Part shown: piece after piece, positions 1-28,949 of the stretch | Layout: every line of letters begins with the position of its first letter | Position numbering within the stretch: the stretch's first letter is position 1 | Source of the DNA: Dendrobates tinctorius | Lineage: Eukaryota | Direction of reading: 5' to 3' | DNA: 64,000 bases | Assembly (NCBI RefSeq): GCF_039654945.1 | Contig: NW_027362028.1 | Location: 1,984,001 to 2,048,000, forward strand | The notes under the pieces: generated by a model | What the model saw: the letters and a program-made list of their open reading frames with translations, nothing else | Database searches by the model: none | What the model was told of the DNA's origin: nothing | Program-made: the position numbers and the translations under genes

Positions 1-709
1 CCTTTGGCCGAATTTGCTTTAAATAATAGAGCTAGTTCTGCCACTTTGATGTCACCTTTTTTTGTAACTTTGGTTTTCACCCTCGATTTTCTTCAGGGCA
101 GGTGGAGCCTTCTGCCTGCCCAGGTGTTGACACTGTGGTGGAGAGAATGCACCATATCTGGGACCAAGAAGTGGATAAGTTGTCTCTCTCCCAGGAAAAG
201 GCCCAGCGGTTTTCCAACCGGCATAGGACCGTTGGTCCCCAGTTTAAGGTGGGTGATATGGTTTGGTTGTCATCAAGAAATATCGCTATGAAGGTGGCTT
301 CTCCTAAGTTTAAGCCTAGATTTATTGGACCTTACAAGATTTTGGAGATTATTAATCCGGTCTCTTTTCGGTTGGCTCTTCCTGTCACATTTAAAATTCA
401 TAATGTGTTTCATAAGTCCTTGTTGAAGAGGTTTGTTGAACCAGTAGTTCCTGTGGTGGCACCTCCTGACCCTATATTGGTTGAAGGTAACATGGAATAT
501 GAGGTAGAGAAGATACTGGATTCCCGTCTGGCTAGACGGAGACTCCAGTATTTGGTTAAGTGGAAGGGTTATGGTCAAGAGGATAATTCCTGGGTCTCTG
601 CCTCTGATATTCATGCCGAAAGATTGGTGCGTGCCTTTCATCGGGCTCACCCGGATCGCCCTGGTGGCATGGATGAGGATTCGGTGACCCCTCCTCAAGG
701 GGGAGATAC
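1..709 (+). mobile_element. Gypsy/chromovirus pol 3' end (integrase C-terminus plus chromodomain)
   Basis: GPY/F motif (KPRFIGPYKI, HNVFHKSLLK); chromodomain EYEVEKILDSR...YLVKWKGY; polypurine tract at about 697-706. Confidence 0.9.
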
Positions 710-1531
710 TGTTGTGAGTTCATTTTTCCCTTCACCATTGAGGTCTGATGAACTCCCTCCTCTAGTGAAGGAAGGCAGTGAGACTGATTACCAAACACCT
801 GGGCAGCTAGATGATGACTGGGTGGCTGGAATTGAGGACTGGATATAAGGCTGCCGACGCCCGTCTTCCTGGCTGGTGATTTTCCTGCTGGATTCTTGGA
901 GACCAGTCTGATTCCTGCATCTCTAAGCTAAGTTTTTCTGCTCTGCTTTGTACTCTTCAGTTTTGTTCTTGTTTTGCCTTGTTTTTTGGGAGTTCTGCCA
1001 TCCCCGGCCGGGGGTGAGCTGAATTCCATTTTTGTCTCTGATCTGTTGATATTTTGCTCTGTCTTCAGAATATACCTGAGTGCTGATATAGTCTTTTTGA
1101 AGCCTAGCGACTTCAGGGCCTGTTTTTCCTATCAGTCGGTTGGCTCATTTTGATAGGGTTTTTGCGGATGGCAGACAGCAGCTTTCCTATCCTGTCCTAT
1201 GTAGTTAGCTTGGGCCCCATCATTTGCTCAACCTATCTTTCTATCTGTGTTAGTGTTTTCATCTTGCTTCACCGTCATTATATGTTGGGGGATGCCTATT
1301 GCTTTGGGGTCTGCTCTGGGGCAGTTTAGTTTTTCCCCTTTCTGTCTTTAGGCTATATAGTTCTCCGGCTGTGATCGAGGGGTCTAGGGCACCGTAGGAA
1401 CCCCCCCACGGCTACTGCTAGTTGTTGTGGATAGGTTCAGGGGTCTGCAATCCGATAGCTGCCAACCTCTCTGGTTTTTCTGGACTTAGCTGGTATTTTG
1501 TTTTTTCCTCCTGCAGTGACTCATCATAACA
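710..1531 (+). mobile_element. 3' LTR of the Gypsy element
   Basis: TGTTGTGA...TCATAACA termini directly after the PPT; TATA at 843; abuts L2 sequence. Confidence 0.8.
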
Positions 1532-3415
1532 GCCTGGTCCACACGAGTCTTATCCGCTATCTCTCAGATAACTCTCTTCTCCACCCTCTACAATTCGGTT
1601 TCCGCTCTTTACACTCTACTGAAACTGCCCTCGGTAAAGTCTCTAATGATCTACTAACAGCTAAACCTAATGGTCACCGCTCCCTGATGATCTCCTGGAT
1701 CTCTCTGCAGTATTGGACACTGTGGATCACCAGCTCCTCCTAACTATGCTCCGCTCCATCAGCATCAAGGACACCGTTCTCTCCTGTTTTCCGCCTATCT
1801 CTCTGACGGCTCCTCCTCCTCTCATCTTCCTCTTACTGTTGGGGTTCCTCAAGGATCGGTTCTAGGCCTCCTCCTCTTCTCTTTGTACACTGCCCCTATT
1901 GGTCAAACAATCAGTAGGTTTGGTTTCCAGTACCATCTCTATGCTGACGACACCCAATTATACACTTCTCCTGACATCACGCTTGGATTATTACAAAACA
2001 CCAGAGATTGTGTTACCGCTGTGTCTAACATCACGTCCTCCCTCTATCTGAAACTGAACCTGTCAAAGACTGAACTCCTCGTGTTTCCTCCCTCTTTTAA
2101 TCTACCTATGCCTGACATTGCCATTTCCATGTGTGGTTCCACCATTACTCCCCAGCAACATGCCCGCTGTCTTGGGGTCATACTTGACTCCGAGCTTTCA
2201 TTCGCCCCCCACATCCGTTCACTGGTTCGCTCTTGTCATCTGCACCTCAAAAACATTTCTAGAATTTGACTTTTTCTTACCTTTCACTCAGAAAATCCTG
2301 TTTCTCTTATTCATTCTCGCCTCGACTATTGTAACTCTCTTCTAATCGGTCTCCCTCTTAACAAACTCTCCCCCCTCCAATCTGTCTTGAATGCTGCAGC
2401 CAGGATCATATTCCTCACCAATCGTTACACCGATGCCTCTACCTTGTGCCAGTCATTACACTGGCTACCCATCCACTCCAGAATCCAGTATAAACTTATT
2501 ACCCTCACCCACAAAGCCCTCCATGGCTCAGCACCACCCTACATCTCCTCCCTTGTTTCAGTATACCACCCTACCCGCGCCTTCCGTTCTCCTGATGACC
2601 TGAGGTTAGCAACCTCAATAATCAGAACCTCCCACTCCCGTCTCCAAGACTTTACACGTGCTGTGCCAATTCTTTGGAATGCACTACCCAGGATTAATCC
2701 CCAATACCCACAGTTTTAAGCGTGCCCTAAAAACGCATTTCCTCAACTGGCCTACCGCCTCACCTCACTTATCAAACTATCCCTGTTTTACCCATACCAA
2801 ATTTTCTTCAAAACCAGGACCACCGTGTAATAATAATAATCTTTATTTTTATATAGCGCTAACATATTCCGCAGCGCTTTACAGTTTTGCACACATTATA
2901 ATCTCTGTCCCTGATGGGGCTCACAATTTAAATTCCCTATCAGTATGTGGGAGGAAACTGGAATACCCAGAGAAAACCCACGCAAACACGGGGAGAGCAT
3001 CAAAACTCCTTGCAGATGTTGTCCTTGGTGGACTTTGAATGCAGGGCCCCAGCGCTGCAAGGCTGCAGTGCTATCCACTGAGCCAGCATGCTGCCTTTTA
3101 TCCTCTGTCCTCACACCCTTCATGCATTTAATAGCCTGCTATGTCTGTACTGGGCACATAATGGCTGGTTATCGGTTCATGCAGCATTACATGAACACCC
3201 GATTTATTATAATGATGGCCGGACCATACAATGAAAGCAAGTGTTACCGTCCACCTTTTGTGTCCCTAGGATTGTAAGCTTGTGATTAGGGTCCTCACCC
3301 CTTTTGGTATCTGCTGAGTTATTGTTATGCTGTGATGTCTATTGTCTGTAGAAGTCCCCTCTATAATGTAAAGTGATGCGGAATATGTTGGCGCTATAGA
3401 AATAAATTATTAATT
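1532..3415 (+). mobile_element. Degenerate L2-clade LINE (RT domain and 3' tail)
   Basis: [37 protein letters not shown]; frameshifted; 3' tail at about 3365-3415. Confidence 0.88.
2828..3086 (-). mobile_element. V-SINE-like tRNA-derived SINE with L2 tail
   Basis: A-box head TGGCTCAGTGG; V-domain-like TCTCCCCGTGTTTGCGTGGGTT; (TTA)n tail; paralog at 34721. Confidence 0.75.
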
Positions 3416-3743
3416 ACGGTATATTAAAGCAACGAGATCATCAGGCTCCAATGGATCACGGTTGCCACCATCTTTGTGCCCTCATGATGGACTTTGTAGG
3501 AAAGAGTCACTTTCCCTATAAACTGAGGATTTACTACATAGACCACGAACGGCACGCGCCTCCTGCAGTCCAAAGCGGGCAGGAGTTCTCGTCTCCTGCT
3601 CACGGCTGAGGCGCTCTCTCGGACTTTTCTCACACCACATTGAATTCTCCATTTTGGATACTCTATACCTGTACCCCAATTGATCCTTCTTGGATCAGTG
3701 TTTTATTTTTCACTCTGGTAGATTTTCATTAAAGTCAATAAAG

Positions 3744-5150
3744 ACAGCGGGCGCCACACATCCCCTGTACAGCAGGCGCCACACATCCCCTGTACAGCGG
3801 GCGCCACACATCCCCTGTACAGCGGGCGCCACACATCCCCTGTACAGCGGGCGCCACACATCCACTGTACAGCGGGCGCCACACATCCACTGTACAGCAG
3901 GCGCCACACATCCACTGTACAGCAGGCGCCACACATCCACTGTACAGCAGGCGCCACACATCCACTGTACAGCAGGCGCCACACATCCACTGTACAGCAG
4001 GCGCCACAAATCCACTGTACAGCGCCACACATCCACTGTGCAGAGCCAAACATCCCCTGTACAGCAGGCGCCACACATCCCCTGTACAGCAGGCGCCACA
4101 CATCCCCTGTACAGCAGGCGCCACACATCCCCTATAAAGCAGGCGCCACACATTCCCTGTACAGCAGGCGCCACACATCCACTGTACAGCGCCACACATC
4201 CCCTGTACAGCAGGCGCCACACATCCCCTGTACAGCAGGCGCCACACATCCCCTGTACAGCAGGCGCCACACATCCACTGTACAGCGCCACACATCCACT
4301 GTACAGCAGGCGCCACACATCCACTGTACAGCGCCACACATCCCCTGTACAGCAGGCGCCACACATCCACTGTACAGCGCCACACATCCCCTGTACAGCA
4401 GGCGCCACACATCCACTGTACAGCGCCACACATCCCCTGTACAGCAGGCGCCACACATCCACTGTACAGCGCCCCACATCCCCTGTACAGCAGGCGCCAC
4501 ACATCCCCTGTACAGCAGGCGCCCCACATCCACTGTACAGCAGGCACCACACATCCCCTGTACAGCAGGCGCCACACATCCCCTGTACAGCAGGCGCCAC
4601 ACATCCCCTGTACAGCAGGCGCCACACATCCACTGTACAGCGCCACACATCCACTGTACAGCGCCACACATCCACTGTGCAGCGCTAAACATTCCCTGTA
4701 CAGCGCCACACATCCCCTGTACAGCAGGCGCCACACATCCCCTATAAAGCAGGCGCCACACATTCCCTGTACAGCAGGTGCCACACATCCACTGTACAGC
4801 GCCACACATCCCCTGTACAGCAGGCGCCACATATCCACTATACAGCGCCACACATCCACTGTACAGGAGGCGCCACACATCCCCTGAACAGCGCCACACA
4901 TCCACTGTACAGCAGGCGCCACACATCCACTGTACAGCAGGCGCCACACATCCACTGTACAGCAGGCGCCACACATCCACTGTACAGCAGGCGCCACACA
5001 TCCCCTGTACAGCAGGCGCCACACATCCCCTGTACAGCAGGCGCCGCACATCTCCTGTACATTAGGTGCCACACATCCCCTGTAGAGCAGGCGCGACACA
5101 TCCCCTATACCACGCCACACATCTCCTGTACAGCAGGTGCCACACATCCA
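3744..5150. repeat. 25/21-bp minisatellite (GCCACACATCCMCTGTACAGCAGGC)
   Basis: Direct tandem repeats. Confidence 0.95.
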
Positions 5151-6004
5151 TAATATATTATCAGCCTCATCTTTTGGGACCACACATCAGATTTATTTCA
5201 CAATTTGTACTCATCTATAGGATTAATCTCCATTGTACTTCATGAGTACCGATCCACCACACCGCAGCACGACCAGCTCTGCCCCCGTCTACTGTATCCT
5301 CACCCATCCCCTGTAGATTGTGAGCCCTCGCGGGCAGGGTCCTCTCTCATCCTGGACCAGTTGTGACTTGTACAGTGGAAGATTACTGTACTTGTATGTA
5401 TTATGTACACCCCTCCTCACATGTAAAGCGCCATGGAATAAATGAGGGAAAAAATAACAGTCGGAGGTTTACAAAAATGGCGACACGAGACCATTTTTCA
5501 GTACCATGAAGCCCCGGCCTCTCAGCGTCGCCGTTATCGGTTTCCTCCGGGGTCCCGTTACCGAGTCATTTTTAACCATGCAGAGAACGTTAAAAAAAAA
5601 AACCCCTAAAAAAATGGCAAAGTTACGGGGTTTTTTCACCATCTCACCACAATTGGATTTTTTTTTCCCCATTTTCAGCCTATTGTATGCGGAAACGCAG
5701 CAGTCAGTCTCATCAGCAGCTCGCACTGCAAATAACTAAAACCGGATACGAAAACGGGAGACGGGACGACGTAAAGGAGACAATCAACAGTAATATTAAT
5801 GGCGTCTGGTCTGCAAAGGGTTAAAAAAAATGGGGGGTGACCCTGAACCCCCACACAGATCCCAGCGCCCCCATACCCATGTCCAGCACATCCCACCAGC
5901 CCGAGGGGGCAGTGCAGCGCTCACAGGATCACTGCGTGCAGCTTTCTGCCCATTTTGCTCCTGGATGAGTTTTATTGAGGCAATAAATGGACAATCCCTT
6001 TAAA

Positions 6005-6370
6005 TGACGACAGCGCCGCCACTCACACACACGCCGGGCCCGGTATCTGCCCGACCGCGGCTCTGCCCCGTCTGCTCGCCTCTATTTACCTGCAGAAAAC
6101 GCTTATGGGCTCTTCCTCCTCTGTGCACAGCATCGGCGACTGCAGCTACACCATACGGACAAACATCAGTCACCCGAGGAAACCAAATCTGAACCAGGAT
6201 GCTGTACGGAAGACAGAAGCCTTTTCCCTGGGTTATGTCACTTTCGGCCTAGACTGTACGTTGCGTTAAATTTACAGCCAATCATCAGCACTGGATGCTG
6301 GGACGTCATGCGCATGTGCTGCAGAGGGGGGACACGTGACTCTTTCTGGCCAATCGCGACGTACGTTCTA
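6005..6370 (-). promoter_or_regulatory. CpG-rich promoter-like segment with candidate non-coding first exon
   Basis: Two CCAAT boxes, CRE-like GACGTCA, NRF1-like TGCGCATG, E-box CACGTGAC; donor CAG|GTAAAT at 6090/6089. Confidence 0.5.
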
Positions 6371-6540
6371 GTTAGATGTATTTGGTATCTATATGTGTAG
6401 AGAGCGAGATATCATGGCAGCCAATCAGATCCTAGCTTGCGTTAGAGGTCGAATCTGATTGGTTGCTCTGGCAATCAGTGTTTATACCAGATGTTACATT
6501 TTTTTTAAATTGAATTCGAATGTTTCAGGTTTTATTTTAA

Positions 6541-8440
6541 CCCCTTCCTGAACAGACCATTTTACAATTCTGACCACTGTCCCTTTAGGAGGCAATAACT
6601 CTGGAACGCTTCCATGGATCCCGGTGATTCTGACATTGTTTTCTCGTGACATATTGTACTTCATGTTAGTGGTAAAATTTCTTTGATATGACTTGTTTAT
6701 TAATGAAAAAAATGGAAATTTGGAGAAAATTTTGCAAATTTCTAACTTTGAATTTTTATGCCCTTAAATCACACAAAAAACTTGATAACTAACATTTCCC
6801 ACGTTTACTTTACATCAGCACAATTTTGGAACCAAAATTTTTTTTTTTTGTTAGGAAGTTATAAGGGTTAAAAGTTGACCAGCGATTTCTCATTTTTACA
6901 ACACCATTTTATTTTTACGGACCACATCACATTTGAAGTCACTTTGAGGGGTCTATATGATAGAAAATACCCAAAAGTGACACCATTCTAAAAACTGCAC
7001 CCCTCAAGGTGCTCAAAACCACATTCAAGAAGTTTATTAACCCTTTAGGTGCGTCACAGGACCTAATGTAATGTGGAAAAAAAGAAAAAAAACACTTAAC
7101 CTTTTTACACAAAAAAAAGTTACTTTAGACCCAATTTTTTTTTTTTATTTTCACAAGGGTAATGGAAGAAAACGGACCCCACAATATGTTGTGCAATTTC
7201 TCCTGAGCATGCTGATACCCAATGTATGGGGGAAAACTACTGTTTGGGCGCACGGCAGAGCTCAGATAAGGAAGGAGCGCAGTTTGACTTGTAGAATGCA
7301 CAATTCGAATGAATAATTAGCAGACGCCATATTGTGTTTGGAGAGCCCCTGATGTGCCTAAACAGTGGAATCCCCCCACAAGTGACCCCATTTTAGAAAG
7401 TAGACCCCCCCCCCCCCAAGTAACTTATCCAGGTGTGTGGTGAGCACCTTGAACCCCCTGGTGCCTCAAAGATGTTTAATGTTGAACAGTGAATATAAAA
7501 AGTAGAATAAATTCTCCCACAATAATGTTTGTTAGCCCCCAAATTTTTATTTTCAGAAGGGTAGCAGAAAAAAAAAAAAAAAAAAAAAAAGAACCCAAAA
7601 TTTGGTGCAATTTCACCTGATATGCGGATACCTTTTATGTGGGGTTCGGAAAGGATGATGTGATGTTTTGGAATACAGATTTTGATGGCATGTTCTGCCG
7701 GTGTCATGTTGCGTTTGGAGAGCCCCTGGTGTGCCTAAACAGTGGAAACCCCCCACACGTGACCCCATTTTTGAAACAAAACCCTTGAGGAACTTCTTTA
7801 GATGTGTGGTGAGCACCTTGAACACCCAGGTGCTTCACAGAAGTTAACAATGAGCCATGAAAAAGTTTTATTTTTCCACAAAAATGTCCTTTCAGCCCCA
7901 ATTTTTTTATTATCACAAGTTTAAAATGGATAAAAATGGCCCCAAAATTTATTTTGCAATTTTTCCTGAGTACATCAATACCCGCCATATGTGGCTGAAA
8001 ACTACTTTTGAGGCACAGTGCAAAGCTCAGAAGGGAAGAAGCGCCATATTGGAGTTCAGATTTAGCTGGACTGGTTTCAGGGTGCCATGTCACACTGGCA
8101 GAGCCCCTGAGGTACCAGAACCCCCTATAAGAGACCCCATCTTACAAACTACACCTCTCAATGGATTCACCTAGGGGTGCAGTGATCATATTGAGACTAA
8201 AGGTGTGTCAAGAGTTTTATATCATTGGGCAGCGAAGGAAAAAAAAAAAAAAAAAAAAAATTACCAGCAAAATTTTGTTTTATCCCCAGATTTTACATTT
8301 TCACATTGGGAAGTGGGTAAAATGGCACCAAATATTGTCCAGCAATTTCAGCTGAATGTGGAAATACCCCATATGCGGCTGTACAGTACTGATTAGCCAT
8401 ATGGAGAGACTTGGGAGGGATGGAACGCTGTTTTCCTAGA
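6541..8440 (+). mobile_element. Truncated non-autonomous TTAA (piggyBac-like) element
   Basis: TTAA-CCCC start; about 500 bp homologous to the element at 13367; internal subrepeats. Confidence 0.65.
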
Positions 8441-8459
8441 ATAGTTTGTGGCCGCCAAC

Positions 8460-9170
8460 AGCTGCAGAGAGAACCTTATGTATCTATGTATACAGGGAGC
8501 TCCCCTAGTGGTGGCTGCAGGCAGGATATTATCATGTATCTCTGTATACAGGGAACTCCCCCTAGTGGTGGCTGCAGAGAACCTTATGAATCTGTATACA
8601 GGGAGCTCCCCTAGTGGTGGCTGCAGGCAGGATATTCTCATGTATCTCTGTATACAGGGAACTCCCCCTAGTGGTGGCTGCAGGCAGGATCTTATGTCTC
8701 TCTGTATACAGGGAGCTCCCCCTAGTGGTGGCTGCAGACAGGATCTTCTGTATCTCTGTATACAGGGAGCTCCCCTAGTGGTGGCTGCAGACAGGATCTT
8801 CTGTATCTCTGTATACAGAGAGCTCCCCCTAGTGGTGGCTGCAGACAGGATCTTATGTATCTATGTATACAGGGAGCTCCCCTAGTGGTGGCTGCAGGCA
8901 GGATATTCTCATGTATCTCTGTATACAGGGAACTCCCCCTAGTGGTGGCTGCAGGCAGGATCTTATGTATCTCTGTATACAGGGAGCTCCCCCTAGTGGT
9001 GGCTGCAGACAGGATCTTCTGTATCTCTGTATACAGGGAGCTCCCCTAGTGGTGGCTGCAGACAGGATCTTCTGTATCTCTGTATACAGAGAGCTCCCCC
9101 TAGTGGTGGCTGCAGACAGGATCTTGTGTATCTCTGTATGCAGGGAGCTCCCCCTAGTGGTAACTGCAGA
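8460..9170. repeat. About 54-bp minisatellite with core GCTCCCCCTAGTGGTGGCTGCAG
   Basis: About 13 tandem copies. Confidence 0.93.
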
Positions 9171-9914
9171 CATTTACCCATCTATACAGGTGATTTTGAA
9201 CTCTGCTCTGACCCCTATGAAGATAAAATTCCTTACAAGCACAGAATTCTGGACCAATTTTAGATACTCAAGTCTGTATGGAGCACCTATATTTCTTGAC
9301 TGACAAAACATCCCAAATGAAGACCTGTAAATAAAACGAACCCCCGACGACATCACAATCTAAACTTGATGTCCCTCCACCCTTTTATCAATACTTTACA
9401 TTAATCCCAGTCCAGAATTCAAAGGAACGGATCATCTACGACCAATATTATAAATCAGTGTTTATTTCACCGCTCGCATAACATCCTGCAATAAACCCAA
9501 CAAATCGGAAAATGTATAAAAACAAAAAAAAAAAAGTTTTCATTAAGTGCCAGATTTGCAGTACAGTAAGTTCTAGAGATTTCCTTATATGCAAAATTAA
9601 ACATGGAAAAAAAAAAAAAAAAAAAAAAGCCATTAGAAGCCGTGGTGTCGGAGACGAGCGCCGGAGCCCAGTGTTCGATAAAGTGTGCAATTAGAGTTTG
9701 TCAACCTGAAGAAAACCTTATATACAAGGAGAGTTCCGCTGACGAGATCTCGGGACAGAGAAGGATCACACATTAAGCCTAAACCTCTATGTGCAAATAG
9801 CATTTGTGACGTCGGCCTCCGCTCTGGGGACAGAATGACGGGATTAAGACTGGAAGCGTTTGGCTACAAGTTACTGTGTGTTTATTGCTGGATATGACGT
9901 CGTTCCGGCCCCGT

Positions 9915-25640
<15,726 letters not shown>

Positions 25641-25727
25641 CAGCAGGAGGACTACTCGCTCACTGCACGGAGCGGACACACGAGGCTGGTGTCAGTCCCA
25701 GCAGGTCTCTCCTCACCCGCACGGTCG

Positions 25728-27329
25728 CACCTGATCCTCAGGTCCCATAAGATCACACATCAACTCTCACCTGATCCTCAGGTCCCATTAGATCACACGT
25801 CACCTGTACCTGATCCACAGGTCCCATTAGATCACACGTTACCTGCACCTGATCCTCAGGTCCCATTAGATCACACGTTACCTGCACCTGATCCTCAGGT
25901 CCCATTAGATCACACGTCACCTGCACCTGATCCTCAGGTCCCATTAGATCACACGTCACCTGCACCTGATCCTCAGGTCCCATTAGATCACACGTTACCT
26001 GCACCTGATCCTCAGGTCCCATTAGATCACACGTTACCTGCACCTGATCCTCAGGTCCCATTAGATCACACATCAACTCTCACCTGATCCTCAGGTCCCA
26101 TTAGATCACACGTCACCTGTACCTGATCCACAGGTCCCATTAGATCACACGTCACCTGCACCTGATCCTCAGGTCCCATTAGATCACACATCAACTCTCA
26201 CCTGATCCTCAGGTCCCATTAGATCACACGTCACCTGTACCTGATCCACAGGTCCCATTAGATCACACGTCACCTGCACCTGATCCTCAGGTCCCATTAG
26301 ATCACACATCAACTCTCACCTGATCCTCAGGTCCCATTAGATCACACGTCACCTGTACCTGATCCACAGGTCCCATTAGATCACACGTCACCTGCACCTG
26401 ATCCTCAGGTCCCATTAGATCACACGTTACCTGCACCTGATCCTCAGGTCCCATTAGATCACACGTCACCTGCACCTGATCCTCAGGTCCCATTAGATCA
26501 CACGTCACCTGCACCTGATCCTCAGGTCCCATTAGATCACACGTCACCTGTACCTGATCCTCAGGTCCCATTAGATCACACGTTACCTGCACCTGATCCT
26601 CAGGTCCCATTAGATCACACGTCACCTGCACCTGATCCTCAGGTCCCATTAGATCACACGTCACCTGCACCTGATCCTCAGGTCCCATTAGATCACACGT
26701 CACCTGCACCTGATCCTCAGGTCCCATTAGATCACACGTCACCTGCACCTGATCCTCAGGTCCCATTAGATCACACGTCACCTGCACCTGATCCTCAGGT
26801 CCCATTAGATTACACGTCACCTGCACCTGATCCTCAGGTCCCATTAGATCACACGTCACCTGCACCTGATCCTCAGGTCCCATTAGATCACACGTCACCT
26901 GCACCTGATCCTCAGGTCCCATTAGATCACACGTCACCTGCACCTGATCCTCAGGTCCCATTAGATCACACGTCACCTGCACCTGATCCTCAGGTCCCAT
27001 TAGATCACACGTCACCTGCACCTGATCCTCAGGTCCCATTAGATCACACGTCACCTGCACCTGATCCTCAAATCCCATTAGCTCACACATTACCTGCACC
27101 TGATCCTCAGATCCCATTAGATCACACGTTACCTGTACCTGATCCTCAAATCCCATTAGCTCACACATTACCTGCACCTGATCCTCAGATCCCATTAGAT
27201 CACACGTTACCTGTACCTGATCCTCAGATCCCATTAGCTCACACATTACCTGCACCTGATCCTCAGATCCAATTAGATCACACGTTACCTGTACCTGATC
27301 CTCAGATCCCATTAGCTCACACATTACCT
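25728..27329. repeat. 39-bp minisatellite upstream of the PRKAA1 promoter
   Basis: About 41 copies of CCTGATCCTCAGGTCCCATTAGATCACACGTCACCTGCA. Confidence 0.95.
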
Positions 27330-27828
27330 GGTTGCTTTTCCAGATCCTACTTGATCTGGTGTTGCTCCAGTAGCACAGTGCCCAAAGTTTGGGGCTCCAC
27401 TCACTTCCAACAAGCCCTTCCCACTTGTCCATCACTTCCTCACACTCTTTCTCATCATACACCCGTCACGTCCCCCACCTAACATCAGCCTACTCCATGA
27501 ACAGAATGAGGATATGGCACTTTTGGTATTAAAAAAAAAAGACTTATCAGAGAAATCTTCTTCCTTCTGGACTGATCTTTCGCTTTCAATTCAGGGGTAA
27601 AATCTGTTTTCCCATTACTGAGACAGAAGATGACAGTTGGTGCTTGTAAGATTCTATGAAGAAGAGAGAAGCTAAAGGAAGACACAGACATTTCGTTGCA
27701 AGTTCCATAATAAGTAACATCACATTTTATAGTTGGGGTCATTATGAATGTGGAGATCCCGATTAAGGTAATTTTGTAATTATTTTTTTTACATAGTAAA
27801 GAAACAGTTAAGAGGAAAACTGGAGGTA

Positions 27829-28233
27829 ATGGAGCATCTCTGGAGAGACCTGAGAATGGCTGTCCACCAACATTCACCATCTAACCTGACGGAACTGGAG
27901 AGGATCTGCAAGGAAGAATGGCAGAGGATCCCCAAATCCAGGGGTGAAAAACTTGTTGCATCATTCCCAAGAAGACTCATGGCTGTACTAGCTCAAAGGT
28001 GCGTCTACTCAATACTGAGCAAAGGGTCTGAATACTTATGACCATGGGAGATTTCAGTTTTTCTTTTTTTTAATATATTTGCAAAAATTTCTACATTTCT
28101 GTTTTTTTCAGTCAATATGGGTTGCAGAGTGTACATTAATGAGAAAAAAATGAACTTTTTTGAATTTACCAGATGGCTGCAACGAAACAGAGTGAAAAAT
28201 TTAAAGGGGTCTGAATACTTTCCGTTCCCACTG
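27829..28233 (+). mobile_element. Tc1-like transposon 3' fragment
   Basis: EHLWRDL...NLTELERICKEEW; right TIR ending CACTG-TA. Confidence 0.85.
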
Positions 28234-28949
28234 TATAAGCTATGTGGGCTCACACTGCATACAGGAGGCTATGTGGGGCCTCACACTGTACCTAGGGAGA
28301 TATGTGGGGGCTCATATTGAATACAGGAGTCTATGTGGGGACACATCTACATATAAAATTTAATGTATGTGTGTATCACCAACCAATCACGAAGCATCTT
28401 TCATTTCACCAGAGCTGTTTAAAAGAAGCTGAGCTGTGATTGGTTGCTATGAGCAACAGTTTTCCTTGCAACCAATCACTAAGCATCTTTCATTTCACCA
28501 GAGCTATTTAATAGATGAAAGCTGAACTGTGATTGGTTGCTATGAGCAACAGTTTTCCCACTCCACAACAACACCTCAGAAGACACTGACCGAGTGGGAG
28601 AAATCTATCATCCCCGGGAACATAAGCTCCCAGCCGTTGTCTGCCCCCAAGAAAGGAGCAGAGAGCACATGACAGAAATGGATCACCTCTCCAGTGCCCA
28701 TATACCCATCACACATCCTCCATCTCATTGGCACCTTCCCTCTTAAACGGATCATTGGTATAGAAGTCAGGGCAAATCCACTTTGCATTCTGATTCTGAC
28801 CCCAGGCCCCTCTTAAAGGGATCCCCGGTATGGAAGTTAGGGCAAATCCACTTAACTCTGCGCTTTGCTATTGACCCCAGGCTTCTATTAAAGGGATCAT
28901 TGGTATGGAAGTCAGGACCGTTCCACTCAAGGCTGTGGTTCTGACACCA

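Noticed and set aside
3420-3743. Possible TTC33 coding exon
   Set aside because: No resemblance to the TTC33 N-terminus in the frames examined.
3690-5183. Cys/Gly-rich and His/Pro-rich ORFs
   Set aside because: Minisatellite translations, open in many frames.
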